This document shows positions 55,301 through 63,130 of a stretch of 64,000 nt of DNA, one piece after another. This DNA comes from Ylistrum balloti (lineage: Eukaryota): contig NW_026782105.1 of the NCBI RefSeq assembly GCF_031769215.1, forward strand, positions 620,001 through 684,000, given 5' to 3'. Below the pieces are notes generated by a model. That model made no database searches. It was not told where the DNA came from and was given only the letters and a program-made list of their open reading frames with translations. Position numbers and translations under genes: made by a program. Position 1 is the stretch's first letter. Every line of letters starts with the position of its first letter.

Positions 55301-58300
55301 CTTGTCTTCTTATATTACTAGGTAAATCCACAAACACCACACATGTTCTTTTCATCTCAATGCATAGTACATATGTTCTGCCAAAATTAGCCCATTACCA
55401 CAGGTTTGGCAGTTAAATGTTACCTATCCTTACTTACGCTGATGGACAGCAATTCAAATATCTAACTTGAATTTAAACTGAATGAAAAGTATAAAAGAAT
55501 CCTAAACATATGTCTAAACTTTGACATTCCACATCAAGATCTGTAACTCACTAAAGGTTTGTTTCCTACAAGGAGAAATAGCCAGAGAACTTTTAATTTC
55601 TAAAACCACTAAATGTTTAAGTTGCATGACATTGCTGTTTATTACACAATGGAAATTTTTTTTTTTTCTTTAGTCAACACATACTTTGCTAATTTGCAAT
55701 CATACCTAATCTATGATTTTCAACATGAAAACTATGTGAAGAATCTCTGATCATTTAACCGCTGCGTGTATAAACCAATTACAACAGGAAATCCTTTTAG
55801 TGGAAAAACAGTTCAAATATCATGTCAACAACACCAAGTAAATGTCCTTGAATGTCCTAGTCTTTTTATTTTTATCAAAAAAAACAAAAAAACAAAAAAA
55901 ACAGGCAAGACCAAAATTTCTTTGCTTAATCATGTTAACTACACTAAATTTCAAAGAATTTTCGCTGAATGAAACAACTTTTCTATTAGATATAAATGCA
56001 GAATACAGTTTAAAGAGGACAGCATTTGACAGTGTTAATTGAAAAGTATTGCAGCTTATTATGGTACATTGGTATTTCAAATTTTATCAGCAGGTCAACA
56101 AATTCATGTTATGACAGTCCCAAAAATATGCATTAGTGAAAAATATATCCTAATTGAAATGGAGCAGGAAAGGAAAGTAGGAAATTTACAAAGTTTTCAA
56201 ATCAAGTTTTAGAGATAGGATTAAAGTAAAGGTTGATCACACAGGAAATGAATAAAAACAAAAATACACATTTAAAACAGACAACATGCAGACTGATACA
56301 GATCACAACCATACTTCTGTCTGCAGCCACAACAATGAACACTTAGCATACTCTTTCATCGGGAAGACATTGACTCTAGGAAAACTGATATTTCTACACA
56401 TGAAGCCCTGAGAACCATGTATATTACTGTTCTTTATAGTCTTGACAAACATGTCAGCTGAGAAAGTATTCAAATGTTCGATTAGCAGTATATGTATTTT
56501 ATGAGTCATGATATATACCTACATCAATTTAGAAGCCTAGCAGTTTCACTTTTGTGGTGTGATTTATCTATTTGAAAGCATATTAAAATTCACATAAAAA
56601 GTCTTTACCTGTAATTGTTCTTACAGTTCACTGCTTTTATACAGTAGCATACAGCTTGAATTTGAAAAATGAACAGGTCACCATCTTTATAGTGTATCAA
56701 AATTTAAAAAGAAAAAAAAAAAAAAAAAAACACAAATATAACATATGTCAGCACAAACATCATGCTGATAGGAGAATTTCTAACTCTCACGATCAACTAG
56801 TAAAACATACTTAAATGTCACTATTCAAAAAACTTACTTCTGCTACTTTCATGGGAAAATATTACAATGTTTCAATGAAATCAAACAACAAAAAGGGACC
56901 TATATCAGAGATTATATTTCCTTATACAAAATCAAATGTACAGGAAATAAGAACACACAGACAAAAAATATAGATTATTCATTAAAATGATTGAGCAAAT
57001 CACAAATTGATGAAAAAAGATACCATCAACTAGATGAAGAAATATTCATATTTAAAAGTTTGATGATAAAATGTTCCAAGGGAATTAAGTTATGAAAGAT
57101 TCAGAATAGTTTAATAATTCTAAAAATATGAAAAACAGTACTGAAATGAAACTGATGAATTATCATCTAGGGATGGATTAAAGCATCTACATGTTACACA
57201 CAAATACTGTCTACAGGAGCTCAGCATACATGCAGTCACTGCACAAATCATTACTGATCAAAGGGAAGCAACTCTAGCAGTAGAGACTGGTTCTAACTTA
57301 AATCAAGAACCCGTATAAAGAAACTATGCACTCAAATCCAAAGCAAAGTGCTTGAATAATACAATTTAGTTCTGAACATAACATAGCTAATTTCATTGAA
57401 ATACTTACTAAAATCAACTGAGTTGATTCATAAACAATCAGTAATTTACATGTGTATTTTGATTTCACATGGAGCAATATCCTTTAAATATCTATAAAAC
57501 ACATACTTTAATTTTGAAAATCAGTGGAACCCGTCTTCAACATGTCTTCATTTTTTGTTATATAATTCTAGGTCAGACTCTAAAGGACCTATACTTTTTC
57601 TTCTAAGTACCTATTTACATGCATGGCGAGAGTAAAATATCCCCATTTCATACTTGGCCAAAGCTTTGTAAGGCAACAGGCCTCAGTGGTTATTGTTGGA
57701 TTAAGGTACACAAAGATATTAGATTGATCACACTTATTGTTTAGTTAGAAGAGTGTTCTATATACAACTACCCTGAGTAGACAAACTGATCTATAGCTGT
57801 GGTAATCAGATGTTAAAAAACTTTGGCATAGAATTGTGAAGAAATCCAAAACCAATCTTGGTGGCCATCATCACAAGATCTCAATAAGTTCTAGGGTAAT
57901 TTCATATTTTCTGTTTTTTCCTCTCAATTGTTAGTTGTATTATGAATTATGTCAAAAGGACAGATGTAAATGAATCAAGTGGTAACATACTCAGAATTTC
58001 ATATTGTTAATTAAAAAATTTCTTCATGAAATGAGATTGCGATTTGACCTAGTGACAAGAACTTTTCATGTAAAAAAAGACATCCATGATGGCTGTTGGC
58101 TGTTTAAACCAAACATAAACAATTAAAAAGGACTCTACTAAAAAATATTTGACAAGAATTATTTGATTTTGGACAATGTACTGATGTCTTTGGCAAAGAC
58201 AAAAGAAAATTGAACAACTAACCACCTGACATAGGTTGAATGATGAAACTCCTTTTAATCTTTAAAAAGTATATCACCAGTATATATGACACTGAATCAA

Positions 58301-61300
58301 ACCATGAGACCTTTATATAATTATGACCTTTGACCCCAAAAGCTATTCATGCATCATTGTTTTATTAGCATTTGAAATACCATATCAAGTTTAAGCACTT
58401 CAGACACATTGAAATACAAGTTATTGTGCTGAAACTGTATATCTGCTGGAGCTGCAGTGACAATGATCTTTAATTTGTTTCTTTTTAATAAGCAACAAAA
58501 ATGCAAATTTTAATACTATGTCAAGCAACAAAATACTACACTACAACAGACAAAAAATGCAGAGCAATGTTATCCTCAAAAGAAGACCTAAAATAATTAA
58601 AACGCTGTTTCAATTACACATTTCCCAACCACAGCATCTATACCTTAGCTTGCTATATGCTACCATCCCTCAAGTTCCGATCCAGCCGCAATATCAGCAA
58701 TTGTATTTTGACTTCTATACAACACTATAATGGTCATGCCTATATAGCCTGTTATACAGAAGACATCACCAGCATACAACATCTACTGACTCTGGGCCTA
58801 GGCCAAACATTATCTGTCCAAACCAATCTGTGTATCAACAATCCACACTGTAAGGTTGGTTTAGTAACATCACATTGAACATCACATCAGGCTTATGTAA
58901 AACAGATCCTATAGTGGAACACAGACATTCTTCACCAGCTGTAGGGGTCACTTATCAAAGTTTCTTTTTCTTTTTTGTTTTTTCTTTGTCATCGATAATT
59001 AAATTAAAAACAATTAAGTTATCTTACGGTTCAGTCTGTCACCATATATACAATCAATGTTTTATGTTTACTATTTCATAGATACATGTACTGATTTTCA
59101 TGGTCTATTGATTTGGTTTAACTAGCAAGTCTAATCACTCATATATGTTCACTGCTATTATTTACAGGTTCATCCACTGCAATCGCAATAAATTGTGGAA
59201 GTCAATATATAATGAAAGCAATATCATGTGATTTTTGTCTATAATTTTCTTTGTTAATCTTGTAACGTGGGATATGACGTCTGTGTTCCATTACAGTCAC
59301 TTTGAAGCATACTTTTTGTGTTGGTAGGTTAGTGTATATGAAATGATATATGTTAGTCTAGCCTGCACAGCATACAGATCAGTGTATATATAAATTTGTA
59401 TGTGTTATGCTTGACTGTAAACAGCATACAGCCCAGTAATAGCTACACAAATAATGCTGTACAGATAGTGGAAGTAAAAACAAAATTAACCTGGTGGAAT
59501 CACTCCGGCTGTCAAAAAACACAACAATCAAATGCTCAGCTATATAAACAACAGGCTTTGGCAAGTTAGTACATGTCTAGGCCAAGTTTGTTAAGGGGAG
59601 ATAACTACAACATCATCAAATATCATTTGCTGCAAAAAAAAAATCTCTCAACATTTTTTCACAAGGTATCATCAACATTACCTGTGAGATGTTTCTCATT
59701 TAAAGAGCTAGTAATATACAATATGCATATATACTCTAACTTGTAATATGGGCGTGCAATGCTTTAGAAACTTTAACAGTTGTCAGTAGGCTTGTCAATT
59801 ACAATATTGATACATTTTACCATATGAATGATTCTCACGAATTCAATTACAACCCTTTACAACTTTCACAATTACTTTTCATCCTATCAAATTTGATATC
59901 CATACTATAAATAAATGATCTGTTGAAATAAGTAATTTTTGAAACGCTGGTGTTGATCGATCAATGAGAATCACTCAATTAGAAATTAATAGTAATATTG
60001 CTTGCATTTTGGATGCCTAGTAGTTACTGGTTCTAGTAAAGTCTAAATTTTGTATATATTTCACTCTGTCACTACCACTAGCCAGAATTTTAGGACATAT
60101 TTTAGGGATCCATTTTGGTCCAGTGCAGATGACAGGTGGAATATAGCAAAACTAGACTGATCACATGTCAGTATCATCCAATGTTACTATAATTAACTAT
60201 GGCTATTGAAGCATAGACAAATATTACGTCAGTTATCAGTTGTCTCCCTTTTATAAATATATTAGTTTCTATTCATTGCATTATCTATAAATTCATATCA
60301 TTAACTCACTACAAAGATATGAATTTGTGAGATATATGAATTTAAAAATTTCAGGACAGATTAATTTTGAATTTTAAAAAGCAGTTAAGCATCATTCTAA
60401 ATTACATTGCTAATAAACCAGTAATTATTTTCAAAGAGGAAAACAAAAGGTAAGGGAAGACAACCTTAAATTATATAAGCATTGTCTACACGTTCTAACA
60501 TGCAGCAAATATGATATACACAAATCGATGACCTCTGTCCTAACATCAATAACTTAAACAGGGGCTCAAATCAAATGACCTGATAGCATAATTTCAAGCC
60601 TCAAGTGAATGCATACCTTCTCTTTTGGTGTTGACCTCTGTGTTGGATGATCTCATTCTGTACATCAGCTGTGTCTTTGAACTGAAATACATAATACACA
60701 ATATCTTCATAAAATGGCATAGAATTTTTTTATTTAAATACTGAATTAAAGTTTGATGACATGTTAGAAGAGGAATGGAGAGATACTCCTCTCTGCAGAA
60801 CTGTCATAGTCAGTCCAGTTGTGTCACAATATCATTATTATTAAACTAATGCCATATCTGGTCATGCACAGTAACAAATTTTTAAACTACTTAAACATGA
60901 TGAATTATGAACATCACCTCTACACAACCTGTTATGTTAATGAGCCTTTAATTCAATCCACCAAACCTTAAAATTACATTCATGAATCTTGCCCAACCTT
61001 AAACCATTCCCAATATGTTATTGAGTTTTGAACATCACTTCAATTCCATAAACTTTGTCAAGTCCACATGAACAATTCCCTAAGCTTGAAATTCCCCCAC
61101 CTCCAAACCACATGTATTTGTTAAGGAGCATTATTCCATCTCTGACCTGCTGAGCCCAACCCCACATCCAAACTTATCATCTTGATGAGCAGTTACTCAT
61201 TTCCATACCAACTGGATAACATCTAGACACTTTAATTAAACATTTAGTCTTCATTGACACAAAGGTTTAAATGGGATGAAATGTAACATTTATTGTCCAT

Positions 61301-63130
61301 TATGTATATATATATGGTGAGAAACTTACTGTTGCTTGTTTGATTTTCAGTTCTTCCAAAAGTTTGATGATCTCAGAATCAGCCACATCAAAAGCTGACT
61401 GGCCCTGAAAATTAAAAATATATCATTTCTGAAACAAGCCACAGTCTGATTTCAAGGTTATAGTCTCAAATATTGATACAGGTAACATATTACCTATGTG
61501 AGTAACGATCCTGTATTAAAACAGTTCAATCTTCTGTAAAGTAATCAAGTTCCCCCTATTTAACTTTTATTTTTTGTTTTAGTATCAAAAAGCATTGTTT
61601 TTGTTTCCACTGTACCATACATTTCACTTCCACTTTTCTAATAAAAATCATTAATTTTCAACATCAAAACCATACTAAAGTATTAAATATAACAATCTGC
61701 CCCTTAATGACATAACTCATTACTCAAATAAAATTGTCAATGGTAAAAACAGTGTCAGTGCTGCTGATTCTGACTCAACAAAACTTATGTTCTAGATCAA
61801 AGTCAAAAATCAGTATTGAAGCGGTGTTTTTACAGAAAAAATCAATACAGATGTAAATGGTTGAAGTGTTGGAGGGACTCACAGCATTATTTTTAATTTC
61901 CATGTCACACATGTGTTCAGCAAGGACCTTGCAGGCCTCTTCCTGTCCCCAGTGTGCAGCTGCATGTAATGGCGTCCACCCATCACAGTCCTTAGCATTA
62001 ATGTCAGAGCCTGCCTGTATCAGGACACTGTGAACAAATTTAAGTTTAAAACACATTCTAAAACTAAATTACTTATCATAATTACAACATATCATGATAT
62101 AACATTTGAGAAAATTTGTCATTTGCATTCTCAGACAATCTTTCTAATCATTGATTTAACTGATGTATAAATATGATATTTAAAACACTACAGGGCATTG
62201 AGCTGAATGCATGTTCAGTAACCTGCATGTCAAATTTTAATGCATTCAAATAGTAGTACGGTTCACAATACATATATGTCCAAGACATTGTTCTAAAATT
62301 ATCAGATATATGACAGTTGCAGAATTCATGGACTTGTGGACCTCATGCATCTCCCCATCTAGATTTTTGCTTCTACTTTGATTACTTTGGATTGTCTTCA
62401 ATCACCTCCTAGGCTTAAAAATGAAGGCTCCTAGCATCACTAACAAGTCCTAGATGGATGAAACAGCTATATGATGTAGTTTTAATTGTCTGGCTCTGCT
62501 GGATCTAACTCTTGTATTACTGAGTGTTATTCATTTGTTTGTTTTTTGTACAATCTTCCTCCTCATAAAAAAAAAGTCAAAGTAATTTTTAAAGATGTTT
62601 TTTTGCTTCTCCAAATCTTTGCTTTGTTCTGATTTCAGTTACACCTCATATGATTTCACTACCCTGATATCAATAATCTCAACATAATTTTGTAATGATG
62701 ACATGGATGAGGCCAACACTAGCAGAAAAGTAACACATTAGTCTTTTATAAAAGCAAGACAAAAACAGCGAAAAAAATCTGGTCAAATACTGACAATATT
62801 GGTACCATTGTTTATCAAATAGCTTAAAACAATGGCTGCACAAATTTTATTCTTTTTTTAATGATTCCCAAACAGAACAAATTTTTGTACCATTCAAATA
62901 TTACTATATGTTCTGTATTATATGTTCTGTATGTTAAATCTAAGTTACAAATTATGATGTGATAACCTACCTTATGACCTTCATGTAGCCTTTGGCACAA
63001 GCGACATGAAGGGCTGTGGCTCCAGTTTTTGGGTGTCGCTTTTCTTTGACGGACTTATTACTCAGCCATTTGTTGGCATCTGCCAACATCTGATTCTCTT
63101 CTTCGGACCGAGCTGCGTCTGCATCCACCC
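4222..63130 (-). CDS. PPP1R12A: Myosin phosphatase targeting subunit (MYPT1/PPP1R12A-like, Mbs orthologue). Spliced gene with 21 exons in the window; 5' part is outside the window.
   Basis: I assembled the exons by hand. All have GT donors and AG acceptors with matching phases, total 2765 nt and form one open frame to TAG. Recognised MYPT1 hallmarks: ankyrin motifs TALHVACAKGY and DGWTPLHAAAHWG, WRAGLRKTGS, RSASSPRL, RRSTQGVTLEDI, RRSTG, and C-terminal RALERKLSEMEEELK...ENGALIRVISKLSK*. Confidence 0.96.
5600..5755. other. Assembly gap (156 N) in the last intron
   Basis: Run of n. The flanks gactgacagact and acagatgacag suggest an unresolved GACA-type microsatellite. Confidence 0.98.
6865..6886 (-). 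CDS. Candidate 22-nt stop-containing microexon in the last intron: TGSYPF* (leucine-zipper-minus isoform)
   Basis: Acceptor GTTTCGCTTTTAG, exon ACTGGAAGTTACCCTTTTTAAG, donor AAG|GTGACA. Gives an in-frame TAA after EEELK. Confidence 0.42.
7880..8830. repeat. Diverged direct duplication of an approx. 330-bp unit (copies about 7885-8230 and about 8525-8830), probably a non-autonomous element
   Basis: Collinear shared blocks: gttttcagctctaat, tatgctggaa(a/g)tcaa, caagggagctaactcta, gaagttaaa..a(c/t)aggtgcc, agc(a)tctttcttt. Confidence 0.75.
9088..9138 (-). CDS. PPP1R12A: MYPT penultimate exon, 51 nt, phase 0-0: EKRALERKLSEMEEELK
   Basis: Acceptor TTTGCAG and donor AAG|GTAAAG. Near-identical to vertebrate ERRALERRISEMEEELK. 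Confidence 0.95.
9566..9712 (-). CDS. PPP1R12A: MYPT exon, 147 nt, phase 0-0: LYEDEKYTTDRLRKELDRTKKELLDAKAELDRLVKRTEANKASDSNDKR; coiled coil
   Basis: Acceptor CCACTAG and donor GTATGC. Heptad pattern is visible. Confidence 0.93.
10651..11910. repeat. Minisatellite, 26-bp unit AACCCTTAGATAT(A/G)TATAAATAGTA(C/T), about 48 copies
   Basis: Period read directly (aaccct at 10755 and 10781). Confidence 0.97.
12075..12200 (-). CDS. PPP1R12A: MYPT exon, 126 nt, phase 0-0: SSYRHRGQYSSTSDVGDKYSSRPSSYADHYQSTPSLDSNYKK
   Basis: Acceptor T-run followed by CCAG; donor AAG|GTTTGT. The ending NYKK joins LYE.. (compare vertebrate DFKKLYE). Confidence 0.9.
13340..13870. repeat. Minisatellite, 41-42-bp unit GTGGTATTTATGCTGAAGATGTGGTACTACAG(A)GTACCAGTT, with degenerate edges
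   Basis: Period read directly (tttatgctga at 13491 and 13532). Confidence 0.93.
15028..15156. promoter_or_regulatory. Pair of RFX X-box-like palindromes (GTTACCATGGTGAC 15028-15041; GTTTCCATAGCAAC 15143-15156)
   Basis: Direct match to the GTNRCC-AT-RGYAAC consensus. Function is unverified. Confidence 0.35.
15440..15780. repeat. Old degenerate tandem repeat, about 32-bp unit CAACACTATTTYTAATAGTGATGGGGTCTA
   Basis: Recurrent acaacactattt..taatagtgatggg blocks. Confidence 0.7.
16840..18080. repeat. Minisatellite, 41-bp unit AACCTTAGATAGTGTCTACCAGGCAGATTTTACAGTGGCCT, with scrambled right edge
   Basis: Period read directly (atagtg at 16981 and 17022). Confidence 0.95.
18260..19315. repeat. Minisatellite, 42-bp unit made of two related 21-bp halves (TTCTTGGCCCTATCTTGTGTT / TCATTGACCCCATCTCCTGTT); homogeneous core about 18770-19310
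   Basis: Period 42 (cttgtg at 18841 and 18883). Explains track ORFs 18412, 18633, 18689 and 18764. Confidence 0.93.
19990..21335. repeat. Minisatellite with 35/36-bp unit variants (CAGTGGTAACTCACACTTGGTCTAGGTCAGGATGT) and a 495-bp higher-order duplication
   Basis: Period 35 (19991 and 20026). Track ORFs 20608..20814 and 21103..21309 are identical and 495 bp apart. Confidence 0.95.
22930..23825. repeat. Minisatellite, 29-bp unit GATTAACCTGAAAGTTCTATGTACTCCGT, about 31 copies
   Basis: Period read directly (cagaaagtt at 22942 and 22971). Confidence 0.97.
24426..24683 (-). CDS. Putative alternative (probably first) MYPT exon: 86-aa Ser/Gly/Tyr-rich peptide MSYGSYHNRYSLGSY...YGLSSISRP, ending in phase 0
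   Basis: Strongly biased coding-like ORF inside an intron on the sense strand. The ATG has A at -3. The donor CCG|GTCAGC is in phase with exon 12075-12200. The 5' boundary is unresolved (own ATG, or an upstream acceptor at 24702, 24752 or 24776). Confidence 0.68.
29240..30675. repeat. Minisatellite, 29/30-bp unit AGGTATCTGGTAAACATCAAACTACCAT(A)C, with an interspersed variant block
   Basis: Period 30 at 30031 and 30061. Ends about 25 bp from exon 30699-30752. Confidence 0.96.
30699..30752 (-). CDS. PPP1R12A: MYPT exon, 54 nt, phase 0-0: EDDEKEEEKEEKKETEDK
   Basis: Acceptor ATTTTAG and donor AAG|GTAGGA. Acidic stretch after RRSTG, as in MYPT1. Confidence 0.85.
31500..32700. repeat. Minisatellite, 25-bp unit GTAAGGTAAGGAA(C/A)ATGTA(T/G)TGTGT, about 46 copies; degenerate copies at about 33240-33330
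   Basis: Period 25 (31531, 31556, 31581). The minus-strand unit has no stop in any frame, which explains three overlapping 300-390-aa track ORFs. Confidence 0.97.
33732..33832 (-). CDS. PPP1R12A: MYPT exon, 101 nt, phase 1-0: DSQEKSHDMRTVRARRTRKERRSTGIVSYDAKND; second inhibitory site (Thr codon 33762-33764)
   Basis: Acceptor TCTTCAG and donor GTAAGT. The RRSTG motif corresponds to the human Thr853 region. Confidence 0.92.
34270..34500. repeat. Short degenerate tandem repeat, about 27-bp unit AAACACACACTAAGCCAGCTGATTGAT
   Basis: Recurrent aaacacac..gcta(g/t)tt blocks. Confidence 0.7.
34594..34776 (-). CDS. PPP1R12A: MYPT exon, 183 nt, phase 1-1: AYIPRRERNTLSTSDSSSTTSSLNTGSGLTRASSLRTNRIRNGELESRNEEKEERLKDSKD(D)
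   Basis: Acceptor GATTTCAG and donor G|GTAAAA. Same frame as track ORF 34517..34786. Confidence 0.88.
35168..35300 (+). mobile_element. Degenerate tRNA-derived SINE-like element (antisense to the MYPT gene)
   Basis: tRNA-like head ctaatcggtaaagtataagactatagagtcagaagtcgcgggttttaatcc, with A-box-like (tcggtaaag) and B-box-like (ggttttaatcc vs GGTTCGAATCC) motifs at tRNA spacing. Too degenerate to be a tRNA. Confidence 0.55.
35640..36130. mobile_element. Fragment of a bivalve-type non-autonomous Helitron/Helentron-like repeat
   Basis: Motifs ttttggccctgccc...ccctgggg and gatgaaatttacaatttggt resemble oyster Cg170-related elements as I recall them. No database check was possible. Confidence 0.35.
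36961..37024 (-). CDS. PPP1R12A: MYPT exon, 64 nt, phase 0-1: DDLRGSYRKSRDATKDYSTDS(A)
   Basis: Acceptor GTTTTAG and donor G|GTAGGT. Needed for phase between exons 37307-37561 and 34594-34776. Confidence 0.85.
37307..37561 (-). CDS. PPP1R12A: MYPT exon, 255 nt, phase 0-0: GVTLEDIQQAEKALKDPSKVTSTTTGTTTTTTSSTSSTDDKSRVPEVGSQKDSERVPGLESTKKEVSTTEDTTVLRRRTLEERRQ
   Basis: Acceptor TTCTAG and donor CAG|GTTAGA. Completes the RRSTQ|GVTL motif. Confidence 0.92.
38000..38090 (-). CDS. PPP1R12A: MYPT exon, 91 nt, phase 2-0: SYEPPKRDEEAETLRKARAKRARETRRSTQ; first inhibitory phosphosite (Thr codon 38003-38005)
   Basis: Acceptor CACCTAG and donor CAG|GTAGTT. Matches the conserved RDEE..RKARS...RRSTQ motif around human Thr696. 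Confidence 0.95.
38802..39092 (-). CDS. PPP1R12A: MYPT exon, 291 nt, phase 2-2: YGSQYSSTSTGPYRRPTSFTSTSSSYLPAYIPYYTRQQENNERRERERESAAAANIRLSGSTTPTSSTGSSMSSSMSSSSSSNIITSPYSNYQFSK(R)
   Basis: Acceptor GTTACAG and donor AG|GTTTGT, 96 open codons. The coding frame differs from track ORF 38632..39090. Confidence 0.88.
41254..41327 (-). CDS. PPP1R12A: MYPT exon, 74 nt, phase 0-2: DKSGHKVSFPASTVSETSDSRSTD(R)
   Basis: Acceptor TTTACAG and donor AG|GTATAG. Phase fits both neighbours. Confidence 0.85.
42281..42460 (-). CDS. PPP1R12A: MYPT exon, 180 nt, phase 0-0: VPLPNEISKPTNTKEVPSWRAGLRKTGSTSQVTGSVMSKEKETDKPLARSASSPRLDNNQ
   Basis: Acceptor CCCACAG and donor CAG|GTACCC. Contains the conserved WRxGLRKTGS and RSASSPRL motifs. 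Confidence 0.93.
43802..43999 (-). CDS. PPP1R12A: MYPT exon, 198 nt, phase 0-0: AKEKEQDKVEKESDEKKEEIKETEEKEVVPPTPAKDDGLDTGMAPVREPISRSISAPEPPLPAQEQ
   Basis: Donor CAG|GTAGTG. The first AG after the pyrimidine tract is an uncommon AAG (CTTATCTCAAG), so the 5' boundary is less certain. Same frame as track ORF 43724..44068. Confidence 0.78.
45532..45723 (-). CDS. PPP1R12A: MYPT exon, 192 nt, phase 0-0 (possibly cassette): VHDKPSTTTVEIQKPEMPKIDEKGELGQISNDLDTQNEADKVEISIKDQVPRIDRIGDGDNQLT
   Basis: Pyrimidine tract followed by GATAG acceptor; donor GTAAGT. Open frame overlaps track ORF 45448..45675. Confidence 0.75.
46928..46971 (-). CDS. PPP1R12A: MYPT exon, 44 nt, phase 1-0: (E)KQNAINNQTSGVKK
   Basis: Acceptor ATTTTCAG and donor AAG|GTAAGT. 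Needed to restore phase between its neighbours. Confidence 0.87.
47150..47960. repeat. Complex minisatellite built on ACTCAGACATAATTACTGT (about 19 bp) with optional ATCCCTGAAAT / CTCTATAAT spacers
   Basis: Core 19-mer recurs dozens of times. A related copy sits near 49360-49410. Confidence 0.9.
48087..48268 (-). CDS. PPP1R12A: MYPT exon, 182 nt, phase 2-1: SSVTRMSGDQKQSVTLKTKERGDPNLIHQTTPESVSEKDPTSKTSSSSEGEAEESSESET(E); acidic region
   Basis: Acceptor CATCTGCAG and donor AG|GTAAAA. Same frame as track ORF 47992..48252. Confidence 0.9.
50140..51950. repeat. Satellite, 78-bp unit TTGCTAAACTTGTCCTACCGAGATCAATTCTACATCACTGAACAGGACCTACACAAGACCGTTATACTGCTGTATATA, about 22 copies
   Basis: Period 78 (50225 and 50303). 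Length divisible by 3 and stop-free in one + frame, giving the LLNLSYRDQFY.. track ORFs. Confidence 0.97.
52561..52611 (-). CDS. Candidate 51-nt cassette exon, phase 2-2: (R)PVTTTITNLDQPDTDP(R)
   Basis: Long pyrimidine tract TTTCTTCTTTCTCTTGTG..CCAG, donor CAG|GTATAT. Symmetric, and open in the frame of the host intron. Confidence 0.5.
57980..58470. mobile_element. Probable dispersed-repeat fragment (ttgacctagtgac / gacctttgacccc ... caagttt ... caagttattg type)
   Basis: The motif set recurs in this window (40871, 53860) and is, from recall, typical of mollusc non-autonomous elements. Confidence 0.3.
59491..59508 (-). CDS. Candidate 18-nt microexon, phase 2-2: (S)RSDST(R)
   Basis: Acceptor TTGTTGTGTTTTTTGACAG and donor CAG|GTTAAT. 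Frame-preserving with no stop. Confidence 0.42.
60617..60681 (-). CDS. PPP1R12A: MYPT exon, 65 nt, phase 0-2: FKDTADVQNEIIQHRGQHQKR(R)
   Basis: Acceptor TATTTCAG and donor AG|GTATGC. Bridges the phase-0 and phase-2 neighbouring exons with no stop. Confidence 0.88.
61330..61404 (-). CDS. PPP1R12A: MYPT exon, 75 nt, phase 0-0: GQSAFDVADSEIIKLLEELKIKQAT
   Basis: Acceptor TTTTCAG and donor GTAAGT. Resembles vertebrate GQTAFDVADEDILGYLEELQKKQ. Confidence 0.95.
61883..62027 (-). CDS. PPP1R12A: MYPT exon, 145 nt, phase 2-0: VLIQAGSDINAKDCDGWTPLHAAAHWGQEEACKVLAEHMCDMEIKNNA; ankyrin repeat
   Basis: Acceptor TTCACAG and donor GTGAGT. Lies inside track ORF 61775..62056. Canonical ankyrin TPLH motif. 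Confidence 0.96.
62971..63130 (-). CDS. PPP1R12A: MYPT exon, 160 nt, phase 1-2: (G)VDADAARSEEENQMLADANKWLSNKSVKEKRHPKTGATALHVACAKGYMKVI(S); ankyrin repeat
   Basis: Acceptor TTATGACCAG and donor AG|GTAGGT. Resembles vertebrate GVDIEAARKEEE...GGTALHVAAAKGY. Absent from the ORF track. Confidence 0.95.
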
